Counted from the stretch's first letter, positions 1 to 10,270 are shown. The stretch is DNA of 32,000 bases from Methylophaga frappieri (GCF_000260965.1 NC_017856.1:2580001-2612000), one strand, 5' to 3'. The notes: generated from the letters alone by a model not told the origin. Translations and numbers: made by a program.

Positions 1-3000
1 TATAGTTCTGGTCAAGGTGGATCAAACCCCCTTAATGGATCTGATGTAACCAACATTATCTTTGGTGATGAAAACAATAACAATGGAAGCAATACTTTAC
101 TTGGCAATCAACAGAATGACCGGATTTATGGTTTGTCAGGAAATGATGTTTTAGATGGTGGCGCCGGTGATGATTATCTTGAAGGTGGAACGGGTGTTGA
201 TACCTATATATATGACCAAAATGATGGTTTTGACACGATTTTCGATAAAGATGGGCTTGGCGTAATAAATTGGAAAGGCACTGTTCTTGACGGTAGCTAC
301 GATTTTGCAAATAACAACACATTCATAGATGAAACTCTTGGTGTTACTTATCAATTTGAGCCAGATCTTAATGGTCGGGGCACTTTGTACATTATTGATA
401 ATAACAGTCCGGGAAATGGCGGGATAAAAGTAATTGATTTCGTATCTGGTAATTTGGGGATCGTAATAGATACAGGTGAAATTACTGAGGAAACAGGTGG
501 AATTTTAAACACTGGAACAGCCAGCAATGATGTTTTATATCCTGATGGATATGACCAAGGTTTCCCTCATGGATATGATCTTCAAGCAGATATAGCCGAT
601 CAAATATTTGGAATAGATGGTAACGATTTTATCGTTAGCGGTGGTGGTAATGACATAGTCTATGGCGGAGATGGTAACGACTGGATTTATGCTGGAATCG
701 GAAACGATACTCTCTATGGTGAAGCAGGAGATGATTATATTTTCACCATGTCAGGTGATAACAAAGCCTATGGCGGAGATGGTAATGACATAATAATTAG
801 TAACCATGCGGTGAAGTTTAATATTGACAATCTGCCTCTTCAACATGATGAGTGGTCAAGGTTATTTCATACATTCAGAGGTGCTTACGCAGGGATAACG
901 ACCACAGAGACTGGCCAGTTAAATATATTATTGAAGTGGACTGGTGCTGAATCTGGATTTATCGATGGCGATTATGAATACATTCCTGATCCGGCAGGTT
1001 ACGACCTTGGCAATGTTGATATAAACGGTGATTCATACACTCTTTCTGCTACGTTTTCTTCATCTATAGATGAAGGGAAAAATGTCTTTTCTGGCGGTGC
1101 TGGGGATGACATTCTGATTGGAAATGATGGTGCTGATATTTTAACTGGTGGTATAGGAAGTGACAAATTAGCAGGGAATGGGGGAAATGACGCTCTCTTC
1201 GGTGAGGCTGATGATGACCTTTTAAAAGGTGCAGCTGGGGAAGACTTTTTGGATGGTGGAAGTGGGAATGATGAACTGTTCGGTGAACAAGGCAATGATA
1301 GAGTCTATGGTGGGGATGGAGATGATTTTATCTGGGGCGATAGTGACTATCTAGATGAAAATCTTCATGGCGATGATTACTTAGATGGTGGCGAAGGTAA
1401 CGATCAGCTTGTAGGCGGGGCAGGTGATGACACTCTTGTAGGCGGCGCAGGAGAGGACACTCTGTTTGGACAGCAGGGTGCAGATATCTTACATGGTGAT
1501 GCAGGTAAGGATGTGCTGGATGGTGGCGCTGGAGATGACATACTTCGTGGTGGCAGTGATGAGGATGACCTGTGGGGTGGTGATGGTAACGACAGACTTT
1601 ATGGTGGCTCGGGAGCTGACTATCTAGAAGGTGAGGCAGGTGACGATCTTCTTGAGGGCGGAGCTGGGAATGACACGTTTTGGGGAGGAGATGGGGCTGA
1701 CACCTTTGTGTTTGGTAATGGTGATGGAACCGACATCATCCGTGATACGGATGATGAAGATATCATTCAATTTAAAGCAGGTATTTCATTAGATTCCATC
1801 ACTTCAACACAACAAAGCTCCACGAGTCAGTTTTTATTAATTGAGTATGGTGATGGAAATTCTCTTAGAGTCAAAAATGGTATAGAAAATCTAATTTCTG
1901 CATTTAAATTTAGTGATGGTACCAGCTTTGACTCAAACTCATTTTTAAAACAAACACTCAAAGAAGAAGTCATCACGACACTCAGTGAAGCAGCTATAAG
2001 TGCAAGTGGTGGAGATTACGATGACAATATTACAGGCAACTACCTGGATAACACGCTCATAGGTAATGGTGGCAATGATTTATTAAGAGGCGGCCAAGGC
2101 AGTGACACTTATATTTTTAATTTAAATGACGGCCAAGACTCTATTGAGGATAGCACTGGAAATAACCAGATTAATTTTGGAGAAGGTATAAGTCTTTCTA
2201 GCATCCAAGTTAGCAAGGTTGGCTATGATATTCGCCTTGATTTACTTAATGGTCAGGGGAGCTTGAGTGGGGATAGCATCACATTGATATCGGGTGCTTC
2301 ATCACGGGCAATAAAAACTATAAATTTTCATGATGGCAGTTCCATCGAACTTGATGATCTTATAACTCCAGTAGTGACTCAACATGGTACCGAGTCAGAT
2401 GACGTTATTACAGGCACTTATCTTAATGACACTATTTATGGGTATGGAGGTATTGATTATATCGAAGCTTCTCATGGTAATAATGTCATCTATGCAGGAG
2501 ACGGTGATGACACAATTCACACAAACTTTGAGAATTTCGAATATGGAAATAACATTATTTACGGCGAAGGTGGTGACGACTACATCATAGCTGGCTATGG
2601 GAACGATTATATTAATGGCGGCATTGGTGATGACAACATCATTTCAGGATCTGGTGACGATGTAATTGAATTCAATTTAGGTGATGGAAAAGATTTCATC
2701 CAAGATAACTATGGTTTTGACCAGATTGTTTTTAGTAATGGCATAAACCAGTCCAATATAGTGTTATCACATTCGAAAAATTTAGCCACATATCGTACTG
2801 AGTTTATTAATGGAGGAGGAATCAGTATACAAGATGACATACTGATTACTATTCTCGATGATAATGGCCAAGTAACTGGTGACTCACTTCTTCTGAGAAA
2901 TGCGTTTTCGTATGAAGATGATGCCATAGAGCAATTTACTTTTTCTGATGGAACAATCATTACTAAACAGGACTTATATGCGTTATTTTCTGATGAAAAA

Positions 3001-6000
3001 CTGATTCACGGTGCAGAAAATAGTGATGTCATAAACGGTTCAGCTCAAACTGATTATATTTTTACGTTTGATGGGAATGATACGGTATATGGCGGTGATG
3101 GTGACGATTTCATTGATGTAGGCTTTGGTAATGACATCGCATATGGCGGTGCCGGTAACGATGTAATCGTGGCAACCCAAAGAGATACCCCACATAATGG
3201 ATACAATATCATGTATGGCGGAAATGGTGATGATGTATTAGTTGGTGGCTCGGACGGTAGTGAATTACATGGTGATGCTGGTAATGACAACATTAACGGT
3301 GGTGGAGATAATGATTTTATTACTGGAGGAACTGGTGATGACATCATTAACTCTGGTTCTGGCGACGATACTGTTTTTTTCAATTTGGGAGACGGTAATG
3401 ATAAATTAACAGATAGTTGGGGGTACGATAAGATCGTTTTCGGGCCAGGGATTTCATCTAGTAACTTATCTGTCGTACATTTAGATTACGACATAATTAT
3501 AACTATACTAGACGGTAATGGCCATGAAAGCGGTGATAGTGTCACCATCTCTAACGGGTTGAAGTCAGGTGGTTTTGGCGGTCGTCACAAGATTGAAGTA
3601 CTTGAGTTTTCTGATGGTACTATGCTCGATCCCGAGCAACTTCCAGCAGAAATATTAACAACACCAAGTTTGCAAAATCAAATACTAGATCAAGTTGTAA
3701 ATCAAGATGATCTTTTGCAGTTCCCCTTACCACTGAATACTTTCAGCGATAGTAGTGGTGATACGCTTACTTATAGTATCCAGATGGCAGACGATAGCCC
3801 AATTCCTAATTGGTTAAATTTTGACCCAACAACACAATTTTTCTCAGGAACCCCTGAAAATGAAGATGTGGGCACTTATGAAATAACCGTTACCGCTACT
3901 GATGAGACAGGTTTAAGTGCAAGTGAGAACTTCTTATTAACAGTTAATAACGTAAATGATGCGCCTACGGTAAGTCATGAAATAACTAACCAGTATATTC
4001 ATGAAGATGAAGCACTCATCTTTACAGTACCTTCTGAGACATTTACTGACATTGATATAGGCGATACTTTGACGCTCTATGCTCAACTGGCAGATGATAC
4101 TGATTTACCCAGCTGGTTAGAGTTTGATAGCGCTACACAGACATTTATCGGCACACCGAGTAATGATGATGTCGGCACATATGATATCCAAATAACTGCA
4201 TTAGACAATGAATGGGGATTTGTGAATACTGTATTCACTTTAACTGTTTCTAACACTAATGACGCACCTATTGTGAGTACTGAGATATTGAATCAAGTTG
4301 CTCAGAAAGGTAGCCAATTTACATATACTCTCCCCGAACATGCCTTCACCGACCCAGATATTGGTGACGTTATAACACTTCAAGCGACTGTACCTGGAGA
4401 GGGGGCTTTACCAGATTGGCTTATATTTGACCCTGTAACTGCTACATTCTCTGGAACACCAGTTTACACTGATGTTGGGGATATTAATGTTCAAGTAACA
4501 GCCACTGACATCATCGGTGAAAGTACCAGTCAATCATTTGTGATTACGGTTCAGAATACAAACACTGCCCCCACAGTTTCGGCTGAGATTATTGATCAAT
4601 TAGTAACTGAAGGGGATGTATTTAATTTTGCTCTACCGGCAGCCAGTTTCTCGGATGAAGATGTCGGTGATAGTCTAACTTATACAGTGAGCCTCGCTGA
4701 TGATACTCCACTCCCAGCATGGTTAAGTTTTGATCCTGATACCCAGACTTTTTCTGGCACCCCGTCTAATGGTGATGCTGGCGTTTATAACGTCAAAGTA
4801 GTTGCTACAGACTCTTCAGGGGCTTCGGTGAGTGACATATTTGATTTGATTGTGGAGTCATATACTTCCCCACCCGCCGGTAATGAAGTCATCGGGACTT
4901 CATCTGATGAGCAGTTGTTGGGGTCGAACGAGGCTGATCTGATCAAAGGTCTGCAAGGAAATGATGATTTATATGGATTTGCCGGTAATGACCAGCTCGA
5001 AGGTGGCAGCGGTGATGACTGGCTTGCCGGCGGAAATGGTTCCGGCTCAGGTTCCGGAGATGACACCCTATTGGGTGGTGATGGCAACGACACGCTCTTT
5101 GGTGAAGACGGCGATGACACCATGGATGGCGGTGATGGTAACGACCATTATTACTACTATTCCGGCGGTGGTCAGGACGTGGTTACGGATGCGGGAGATG
5201 GTCAGGACATATTGTTCTTCAATAATGTGGAACCAGGACGTCTGAGTTACCACCAAGATGGTGATGACTTGATAGTCCTGGTTGATGCTGACCTTGAGCA
5301 GCAGGTGCGTGTTATCAACCATTTCCTAGGTGGCAACCATGCCATCATGGTGCAGCCTAATGGCGGTTATACCCAAACACCGACGGATATCGCCAATCAG
5401 CTTACTGATTTACCTGCGGGCAATGGAGGTGGTGAAGACCCCCAAGAAGATCCCGAAGAGCCAAGTGGCACTTCTGGTGGAAGTCTAAATCTGGACTTTA
5501 CGGGTGATGATGTGTTGGTCGGTACCGCGTTAAATGAGGTGATTGCCTCTGGCGCAGGTAATGATGAACTTCAAGGTCTTGATGGCAATGACCGGCTGAT
5601 TGGTGGTGAAGGCAATGATACCTATGTGATTCATGCCGGAGAGGGCCACGATGTCATCGTCGATACGAATGGCACTAATATCATTCACTTCTCAGGCGGC
5701 CTGACTTTCAATGATGTGGCCAGCGGCCTGATGAAATCAGGAAATGACTTGATTCTTAACATCAGCGCCAGTGATACTGTGCGTGTCGCGCAGTTTTTCT
5801 CACATGCCAACACCATTGAAAAGATAATCTTTGATAATGGAAGTGAATTGCCAGCCAGACAACTGTACTCTGCATTTGGCCAATCTGAGCCAACAGCGGT
5901 TGCCATCACTGGTGAGCTGGTTCTCGGTGATGGTAGAGACAATAGTATTTCCGGTACGGCAGATAATGATGTCCTGTTGGCTGGCCGGGGAGAAGATACC

Positions 6001-6876
6001 CTGCAAGGACTCGCCGGCGATGATCAACTGATTGGCGGGGCGGGTGATGATACCTATGTATTTGGTACCGGTAACGGCCAGGATACGGTCATTGACACCG
6101 ATGGCGTGAATGTCATCAGCTTTGTGGACGGTATCGGCTTCAATGATGTGGCCAGTGGTTTGATGCGTTCCGGAGATGACCTTATCTTGAACGTAGGCGG
6201 TTCAGGCGACAGCGTGAGGGTCAGTCAGTTCTTTACTATTGCCAATACGATTGACAGGATTGAGTTTGAAAATGGCAGTCAGATAACTGCCAGCCAACTC
6301 TATGGGGCCTTCGGTGTTTCAGCGCCTACAGCAGAGCTGGTTACTGAAGACGCCTTGAGTCATGTTATAGGCGGTAGTGAAAATGCCGACACCTTAACAG
6401 GCTCGGACGCCAATGACATGATTTCTGGCTATGGCGGCGATGATCTCATCTCAGGTGGCTTGGGTAATGACACGCTCGATGGCGGGGGTGGAAACGACAG
6501 ATTCCTGTTCGGCTTGGGTGATGGCGATGATACGATCATCCAGCAAGACGCCAATACAGCAAACCTATTCGAAGATGTGCTCGCCTTTGATAGTGGCATC
6601 ACACATGATGAACTCTGGTTCAGCAGACAAGGTGATGATCTTCAAATCAATATTGAAGGTACTGATGATCAGGTGACTATTACAGACTGGTATAGCAGCA
6701 GTGACAATCAGTTAGACAAGTTTGAAACGGACTCGATGGGGTTGATGAATCAGCAACTGGACCAGCTTGTCTCAGCTATGGCTAACTATGATGTACCAAA
6801 AGGCGCCGGAAATTTTATCCCTCAGGATGTGAAGGATAATCTGCAACCTGTGCTTGCGAGTAGCTGGACGAGCTGA
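1..6876 (+). CDS. Giant RTX-family calcium-binding exoprotein/adhesin, 5'-truncated by the window edge. Frame 1 is open from nt 1, so the TTG at 133 in the ORF track is not the true start.
   Basis: Dozens of GGxGxDxUx nonapeptides (e.g. GGAGDDYLEGGTGVD, GGDGNDRLYGGSGADYLEGEAGDD). Recurrent ~100-aa modules of the type 'GxD.I.F..G.......F.DG' (haemolysin-type Ca-binding related domain). Four tandem cadherin/dystroglycan-like domains. The C-terminal ~100 aa are Cys-free and D/E/S/Q-rich, as in T1SS substrates. Confidence 0.9.
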   Translation, partial: YSSGQGGSNPLNGSDVTNIIFGDENNNNGSNTLLGNQQNDRIYGLSGNDVLDGGAGDDYLEGGTGVDTYIYDQNDGFDTIFDKDGLGVINWKGTVLDGSYDFANNNTFIDETLGVTYQFEPDLNGRGTLYIIDNNSPGNGGIKVIDFVSGNLGIVIDTGEITEETGGILNTGTASNDVLYPDGYDQGFPHGYDLQADIADQIFGIDGNDFIVSGGGNDIVYGGDGNDWIYAGIGNDTLYGEAGDDYIFTMSGDNKAYGGDGNDIIISNHAVKFNIDNLPLQHDEWSRLFHTFRGAYAGITTTETGQLNILLKWTGAESGFIDGDYEYIPDPAGYDLGNVDINGDSYTLSATFSSSIDEGKNVFSGGAGDDILIGNDGADILTGGIGSDKLAGNGGNDALFGEADDDLLKGAAGEDFLDGGSGNDELFGEQGNDRVYGGDGDDFIWGDSDYLDENLHGDDYLDGGEGNDQLVGGAGDDTLVGGAGEDTLFGQQGADILHGDAGKDVLDGGAGDDILRGGSDEDDLWGGDGNDRLYGGSGADYLEGEAGDDLLEGGAGNDTFWGGDGADTFVFGNGDGTDIIRDTDDEDIIQFKAGISLDSITSTQQSSTSQFLLIEYGDGNSLRVKNGIENLISAFKFSDGTSFDSNSFLKQTLKEEVITTLSEAAISASGGDYDDNITGNYLDNTLIGNGGNDLLRGGQGSDTYIFNLNDGQDSIEDSTGNNQINFGEGISLSSIQVSKVGYDIRLDLLNGQGSLSGDSITLISGASSRAIKTINFHDGSSIELDDLITPVVTQHGTESDDVITGTYLNDTIYGYGGIDYIEASHGNNVIYAGDGDDTIHTNFENFEYGNNIIYGEGGDDYIIAGYGNDYINGGIGDDNIISGSGDDVIEFNLGDGKDFIQDNYGFDQIVFSNGINQSNIVLSHSKNLATYRTEFINGGGISIQDDILITILDDNGQVTGDSLLLRNAFSYEDDAIEQFTFSDGTIITKQDLYALFSDEKLIHGAENSDVINGSAQTDYIFTFDGNDTVYGGDGDDFIDVGFGNDIAYGGAGNDVIVATQRDTPHNGYNIMYGGNGDDVLVGGSDGSELHGDAGNDNINGGGDNDFITGGTGDDIINSGSGDDTVFFNLGDGNDKLTDSWGYDKIVFGPGISSSNLSVVHLDYDIIITILDGNGHESGDSVTISNGLKSGGFGGRHKIEVLEFSDGTMLDPEQLPAEILTTPSLQNQILDQVVNQDDLLQFPLPLNTFSDSSGDTLTYSIQMADDSPIPNWLNFDPTTQFFSGTPENEDVGTYEITVTATDETGLSASENFLLTVNNVNDAPTVSHEITNQYIHEDEALIFTVPSETFTDIDIGDTLTLYAQLADDTDLPSWLEFDSATQTFIGTPSNDDVGTYDIQITALDNEWGFVNTVFTLTVSNTNDAPIVSTEILNQVAQKGSQFTYTLPEHAFTDPDIGDVITLQATVPGEGALPDWLIFDPVTATFSGTPVYTDVGDINVQVTATDIIGESTSQSFVITVQNTNTAPTVSAEIIDQLVTEGDVFNFALPAASFSDEDVGDSLTYTVSLADDTPLPAWLSFDPDTQTFSGTPSNGDAGVYNVKVVATDSSGASVSDIFDLIVESYTSPPAGNEVIGTSSDEQLLGSNEADLIKGLQGNDDLYGFAGNDQLEGGSGDDWLAGGNGSGSGSGDDTLLGGDGNDTLFGEDGDDTMDGGDGNDHYYYYSGGGQDVVTDAGDGQDILFFNNVEPGRLSYHQDGDDLIVLVDADLEQQVRVINHFLGGNHAIMVQPNGGYTQTPTDIANQLTDLPAGNGGGEDPQEDPEEPSGTSGGSLNLDFTGDDVLVGTALNEVIASGAGNDELQGLDGNDRLIGGEGNDTYVIHAGEGHDVIVDTNGTNIIHFSGGLTFNDVASGLMKSGNDLILNISASDTVRVAQFFSHANTIEKIIFDNGSELPARQLYSAFGQSEPTAVAITGELVLGDGRDNSISGTADNDVLLAGRGEDTLQGLAGDDQLIGGAGDDTYVFGTGNGQDTVIDTDGVNVISFVDGIGFNDVASGLMRSGDDLILNVGGSGDSVRVSQFFTIANTIDRIEFENGSQITASQLYGAFGVSAPTAELVTEDALSHVIGGSENADTLTGSDANDMISGYGGDDLISGGLGNDTLDGGGGNDRFLFGLGDGDDTIIQQDANTANLFEDVLAFDSGITHDELWFSRQGDDLQINIEGTDDQVTITDWYSSSDNQLDKFETDSMGLMNQQLDQLVSAMANYDVPKGAGNFIPQDVKDNLQPVLASSWTS
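3661..4860 (+). repeat. Four tandem ~97-aa coding repeats (cadherin/dystroglycan-type Ig-like domains) inside the RTX gene
   Basis: Four units share F..P...F.D.D.GD.LTY.....D...LP.WL.FD..T..F.GTP...DVG.Y.(I/V).V.ATD. Units 1-3 end in NDAP(T/I)V and unit 4 ends at DIFDLIVES. Confidence 0.75.
5503..6340 (+). repeat. Tandem duplication of a ~130-aa RTX-plus-beta module inside the RTX gene
   Basis: GNDTYVIHAGEGHDVIVDTNGTNIIHFSGGLTFNDVASGLMKSGNDLILNISASDTVRVAQFFSHANTIEKIIFDNGSELPARQLYSAFG is followed by the clearly homologous GDDTYVFGTGNGQDTVIDTDGVNVISFVDGIGFNDVASGLMRSGDDLILNVGGSGDSVRVSQFFTIANTIDRIEFENGSQITASQLYGAFG. Confidence 0.7.
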
Positions 6877-6900
6877 TACCGGCTGATTGGTTCTTGCAAA

Positions 6901-6942
6901 AACAAGCCCTCACGCACCCATGCTTGAGGGCTTGTTTGCTTT
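6901..6942 (+). terminator. Rho-independent terminator of the RTX gene
   Basis: Stem CAAGCCCTCA (6903-6912) pairs with TGAGGGCTTG (6925-6934) and is followed by TTTGCTTT. It lies 25 nt after the stop codon. Confidence 0.7.
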
Positions 6943-7220
6943 AGCGTTATCGTTATAAAAGAGTCAGTGCTAATAGTAATGCCAGTTGAATACGCGGAAC
7001 AAGCCGCATTAAATTGGCAAATCCTTGTCAAGAAATTGCTTATAATTAGTGAAAAATAACTGAGCCTATCGTTTCTGCACAATATCAATGGCGGGTTAAT
7101 CTTTTATTTTTTTAATAAAGAATCGCTTTAGCGGACTTTTTGTGTCTAATAAAGCCTTGAATGCGCAAAATTTGTGTTACATGAACCTGAAAACGAAATG
7201 GATGATCCGGATATCCTGTC

Positions 7221-8660
7221 ATGACAGAGACAATCATGAAGCATGTTGATGTAACAGATTTTCGTTTGACACCAGGTCAAATTCTGCTCAACGCCACAGT
7301 GGTTGGTGTCATTATCTTTTTATGCTCCATGCTTGGTATTTGGACGCGTCCGTCTGGATTATTGGCGGCATTTTGGCCCGCTAACGCTGTTCTTTTGGGG
7401 CTTTTTGTTCGTCTGCCCAAACTCGCTCATCCCTTGGGGTGGGGAGCTGCTTTTCTGGGATATTTAACGGCAGATCTCATAACAGGCATGAACTGGGAAC
7501 TGAGCGTTTTTCTGACGGCAGGTAATTTTGCCGGTGTTGCAATGGGCGTTTTCTTGTTCAAGCAGTTGGCTGAAAAACACCGCTTATTGAAACAGCCTTT
7601 ATCCATTATCTATCTGATTCTGGTCACACTGGCGGCATCAGTAGCTGCTGGCATTGTCGGCATGGCAGGTTTTCCTTATTTTTTCGATGGCCTTGCTAAA
7701 GACGGATTTATATATTGGTTTGCCACTGAATGGGCAAATTATCTCGCTATTTTACCGGTTATGCTCACGTTGCCTCGGCTGAGATTGGGTTTAATCAGAT
7801 TACGTCGCAAACAGGACTGCCATTTAATCAATTTGCATCAGGGCTTGGCATTATTAGCATTAATATTAGGCATGGGACTAGGCGTCGTTATTGGTGGACC
7901 CGGCGCACTGGCGTTTTTGGTCCCGGGTTTGTTGTGGTGCGCGCTGACTTATCGTTTATTTACAACGGCGTTGGTTATCTTGTGTTCCAATATTTGGGTG
8001 ATGCTGACGATATCGACAGGACTATTGGATCTCGGGGTAAATGTCCGCGATTTTTTAATTCTGGAATCGTTTCGAATGGGGTTAGCCCTGCAGTCATTAG
8101 CACCGCTGGCTGTTGCCAGCGTGATGAATGCACGGAACGAACTGGTTGAGCAATTACGTCATTTGGCGACGCATGATTCACTTACGCATATATTAAATCG
8201 TCCAGGTTTGTACGAAAAAATGCAGCCAGAGTTACTCTCTAAAAAACCCTATGCGTTGCTAATGTGTGACATTGACCACTTTAAATTGGTCAATGATCAA
8301 TATGGTCATGCTTGCGGTGATCTGGTTTTAGCTGAGTTTGCCAAGCGAACGTCAGCTTGCTTACGTGAAAGTGATATTTTTGCCCGAGTCGGCGGGGAAG
8401 AATTTTGTATTCTGTTGACCGACTGTAGCCATCATATTGCAAGTGACATTGCTGATCGGATTTGCCAAGCTTGCTCTAATAGTCCTTTTCAATTGAATGA
8501 AAGTATTCAGATTGATGTCACGGTAAGTATTGGCTTGGTTTATTTTGATGAGCAACAATCCTTCTCAATTGAAGCCATTCTGAGTTTGGCTGATGAGGCA
8601 CTTTATGATGCAAAAGAGTCAGGTCGTAATTGTGTTGTGATGAATCTCGCATCGGCATGA
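7221..8660 (+). CDS. Membrane-bound diguanylate cyclase (MASE1-like N-terminal sensor domain plus GGDEF domain)
   Basis: The N-terminal ~300 aa are polytopic with FWPANAVLLGLF (MASE1-like). The C-terminal part carries ...DIDHFKLVNDQYGHACGD...RESDIFARVGGEEFCILL. This gives a GGEEF active site with an RxxD (RESD) I-site 5 residues upstream. Confidence 0.9.
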   Translation: MTETIMKHVDVTDFRLTPGQILLNATVVGVIIFLCSMLGIWTRPSGLLAAFWPANAVLLGLFVRLPKLAHPLGWGAAFLGYLTADLITGMNWELSVFLTAGNFAGVAMGVFLFKQLAEKHRLLKQPLSIIYLILVTLAASVAAGIVGMAGFPYFFDGLAKDGFIYWFATEWANYLAILPVMLTLPRLRLGLIRLRRKQDCHLINLHQGLALLALILGMGLGVVIGGPGALAFLVPGLLWCALTYRLFTTALVILCSNIWVMLTISTGLLDLGVNVRDFLILESFRMGLALQSLAPLAVASVMNARNELVEQLRHLATHDSLTHILNRPGLYEKMQPELLSKKPYALLMCDIDHFKLVNDQYGHACGDLVLAEFAKRTSACLRESDIFARVGGEEFCILLTDCSHHIASDIADRICQACSNSPFQLNESIQIDVTVSIGLVYFDEQQSFSIEAILSLADEALYDAKESGRNCVVMNLASA

Positions 8661-8723
8661 TGTCTGTCAACGCCAAGATTAAGATTTTGAGATGTTAATT
8701 TGTGTTGCTTTGCTGACATCAAT

Positions 8724-8752
8724 AAAAAAAGCCCTCGAAAGAGGGCTTTTTG
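8724..8752. terminator. Bidirectional rho-independent terminator between convergent genes
   Basis: AAAAAGCCCTC-GAAA-GAGGGCTTTTT is a perfect hairpin flanked by an A-run and a T-run. It sits between the stops at 8660 (+) and 8772 (-). Confidence 0.75.
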
Positions 8753-8771
8753 ACGTGGTTCATTCGGTGGA

Positions 8772-9515
8772 TTAGCGTAACCGGCGGCTGAATAGATTGA
8801 GTGCCAGTTGATAACCAATCATGGCTGTTTGTGCATCATAACGGCCCCCATCACCTTCATCACGCATAAAGGCATGCTCAGCGTTAAACTCGTGCCAGGT
8901 GAATGTAATATCAGTTTGATTTAACAATTGGTGAATCTTGTCCAGACCTTCACGCGGGACATGATTATCTTGTTTACCCCAGATCATCAACAGTTCGCCT
9001 TGAATATCAGCTAGACGATCCATACTGTGCTGGCCAGGCTGATTCGGTATCTTTTGAATATGTAAATCCGTGGCATAAAAACATGCCGTGCCTTTTACTT
9101 CGGGTTGCAAGGCAGCACGAAAGGCGAGGTGACCGCCAATGCAATAACCCATGGCGCCGATATGGCCATTTGACCAAGGTTGCTTAACTACCCAGTCAAT
9201 CATGGCGCGGTTATCGCTATCATAACCCTGCACATCTTTGGCTTCTTTATCCGCATTGCCTTTATCCCGGCCGGCATCGTCATAACCCAATACGGTGCCG
9301 ATTGGATTCAGTTCATGGAACACTTCTGGTACCAGTACGGCATACCCATGACTTGCCATTAAACGGGCTGCACGTTCAATCGGACCGGTTTGCTGAAAAA
9401 TTTCAGAATAAAACAAAATGACCGGAAACGCCCCATCGTCAACAGGTCGATGAATATAGGTACGCATGATGCCGGTTGGCGTTTCAAGATCAACAAAATG
9501 GCTCTGAATTTTCAT
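8772..9515 (-). CDS. Dienelactone hydrolase family protein (carboxymethylenebutenolidase-like)
   Basis: GYCIGGHLA is a nucleophile-elbow Cys motif typical of DLH. The length and alpha/beta-hydrolase pattern fit, and there is a late His (NAEHAF). I chose the start at MKIQSHF; the ORF is open to 9572, so the start is uncertain. Confidence 0.8.
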   Translation of the reverse strand: MKIQSHFVDLETPTGIMRTYIHRPVDDGAFPVILFYSEIFQQTGPIERAARLMASHGYAVLVPEVFHELNPIGTVLGYDDAGRDKGNADKEAKDVQGYDSDNRAMIDWVVKQPWSNGHIGAMGYCIGGHLAFRAALQPEVKGTACFYATDLHIQKIPNQPGQHSMDRLADIQGELLMIWGKQDNHVPREGLDKIHQLLNQTDITFTWHEFNAEHAFMRDEGDGGRYDAQTAMIGYQLALNLFSRRLR

Positions 9516-9621
9516 GATAAATAGGCTTGTTTTCCAGAATAATGTAGGGTAGTCATTGTACACAGGCTGCAACGGGATAGCAGCACATCACTATCGTTTT
9601 AATGCGCTAAAGGAGGCGATT

Positions 9622-10047
9622 ATGCCTGCCAAAGGAATACATCATATTGGCCTGACAGTGAATAATTGGGCCGTTTCAGCACCTTTTTATAAAACACTGG
9701 CGGCGGCCCTCGGTGCCAGTCCTTTTATCGAAAATGAAGGTGCACCGCATCGGCGAGAAAATGGCAACGTCATTATCTTTGCTGGCCCGGATTTTATGTT
9801 TTCAGTTTGGGAAGCTTTTGAAGAAAACAAATCAAACCAATTTAAAGACTATAACGTTGGATTGCATCATTTTGCCTTTAATGCGGTATCACGAGAGGCT
9901 GTTAACGAACTCTACGAACAAATGAAAGCGATTGGTGCAGAGATTGTAGATGCGCCGCAAGAATATGATTATGTGCCCGGTTATTACGCTGTATTTTTTC
10001 GTGATCCAGATGGCTTGAGAATTGAGTATGCCTATGTGCCAGGCTGA
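9622..10047 (+). CDS. VOC (glyoxalase/bleomycin-resistance/extradiol dioxygenase) family protein
   Basis: Begins MPAKGIHHIGLTV, with later LHHFAF and FFRDPDGLRIEY. These are classic VOC beta-alpha-beta-beta-beta motifs. A strong SD (AGGAGG) lies 6 nt upstream of the ATG at 9622. Confidence 0.8.
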   Translation: MPAKGIHHIGLTVNNWAVSAPFYKTLAAALGASPFIENEGAPHRRENGNVIIFAGPDFMFSVWEAFEENKSNQFKDYNVGLHHFAFNAVSREAVNELYEQMKAIGAEIVDAPQEYDYVPGYYAVFFRDPDGLRIEYAYVPG

Positions 10048-10108
10048 CAAAAACGGCGTTATTAAACTAGCCTGACCAAGCAAAAAAGATTGCTTCGCCG
10101 GCTTGCCA

Positions 10109-10252
10109 TTAGCCCCGTTTTTTTACCCGACCTTGGCGTGCTTTAAAACGGGGATTACTTTTACAAATAACATAGAGCCGACCACGACGCTTGACCACCT
10201 GGCAGTCACGATGACGTTTTTTGGCTGTTTTTAATGAATTGAGAACCTGCAT
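10109..10252 (-). CDS. ykgO: 50S ribosomal protein L36 type B (zinc-independent paralogue). 47 aa, not in the supplied ORF track.
   Basis: Manual translation gives [47 protein letters not shown]. This closely resembles E. coli YkgO ([41 protein letters not shown]...). An AGGAG SD lies 6 nt upstream, and the gene starts 18 nt downstream of ykgM. Confidence 0.85.
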   Translation of the reverse strand: MQVLNSLKTAKKRHRDCQVVKRRGRLYVICKSNPRFKARQGRVKKRG

Positions 10253-10270
10253 TTTTACTCCTGATTTGGC

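Noticed and set aside
56-6676. Numerous 60-110-aa ORFs inside or antisense to the RTX gene. Examples are 56..322, 151..354, 999..1295, 3054..3383 and 4785..5123 on the minus strand, and 2384..2590, 4961..5245 and 6431..6676 on the + strand in other frames.
   Set aside because: They have low-complexity compositions (S/P-rich on the antisense strand, M/V/T-rich in the +1 frame). That is what alternative readings of GGT-GAT-GAC-rich RTX repeats produce. All lie fully within a much better-supported 6.9-kb ORF.
1-6876. The periodic DNA repeats of the RTX gene as a possible CRISPR array or satellite
   Set aside because: The repeats are imperfect, in-frame and translate to GGxGxD nonapeptides and domain-sized modules. 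There is no constant repeat/variable spacer structure anywhere in the window.
6822-7088. Minus-strand 88-aa ORF in the RTX-GGDEF intergenic region
   Set aside because: It overlaps the RTX 3' end and its terminator hairpin, and has no SD and no motifs. The region is more plausibly promoter/UTR for the cyclase gene.
7730-8181. ORFs 7730..8149 (+) and 7975..8181 (-) overlapping the GGDEF gene
   Set aside because: They lie in alternative frames of a gene with clear domain signatures, and show no SD or recognisable motifs.
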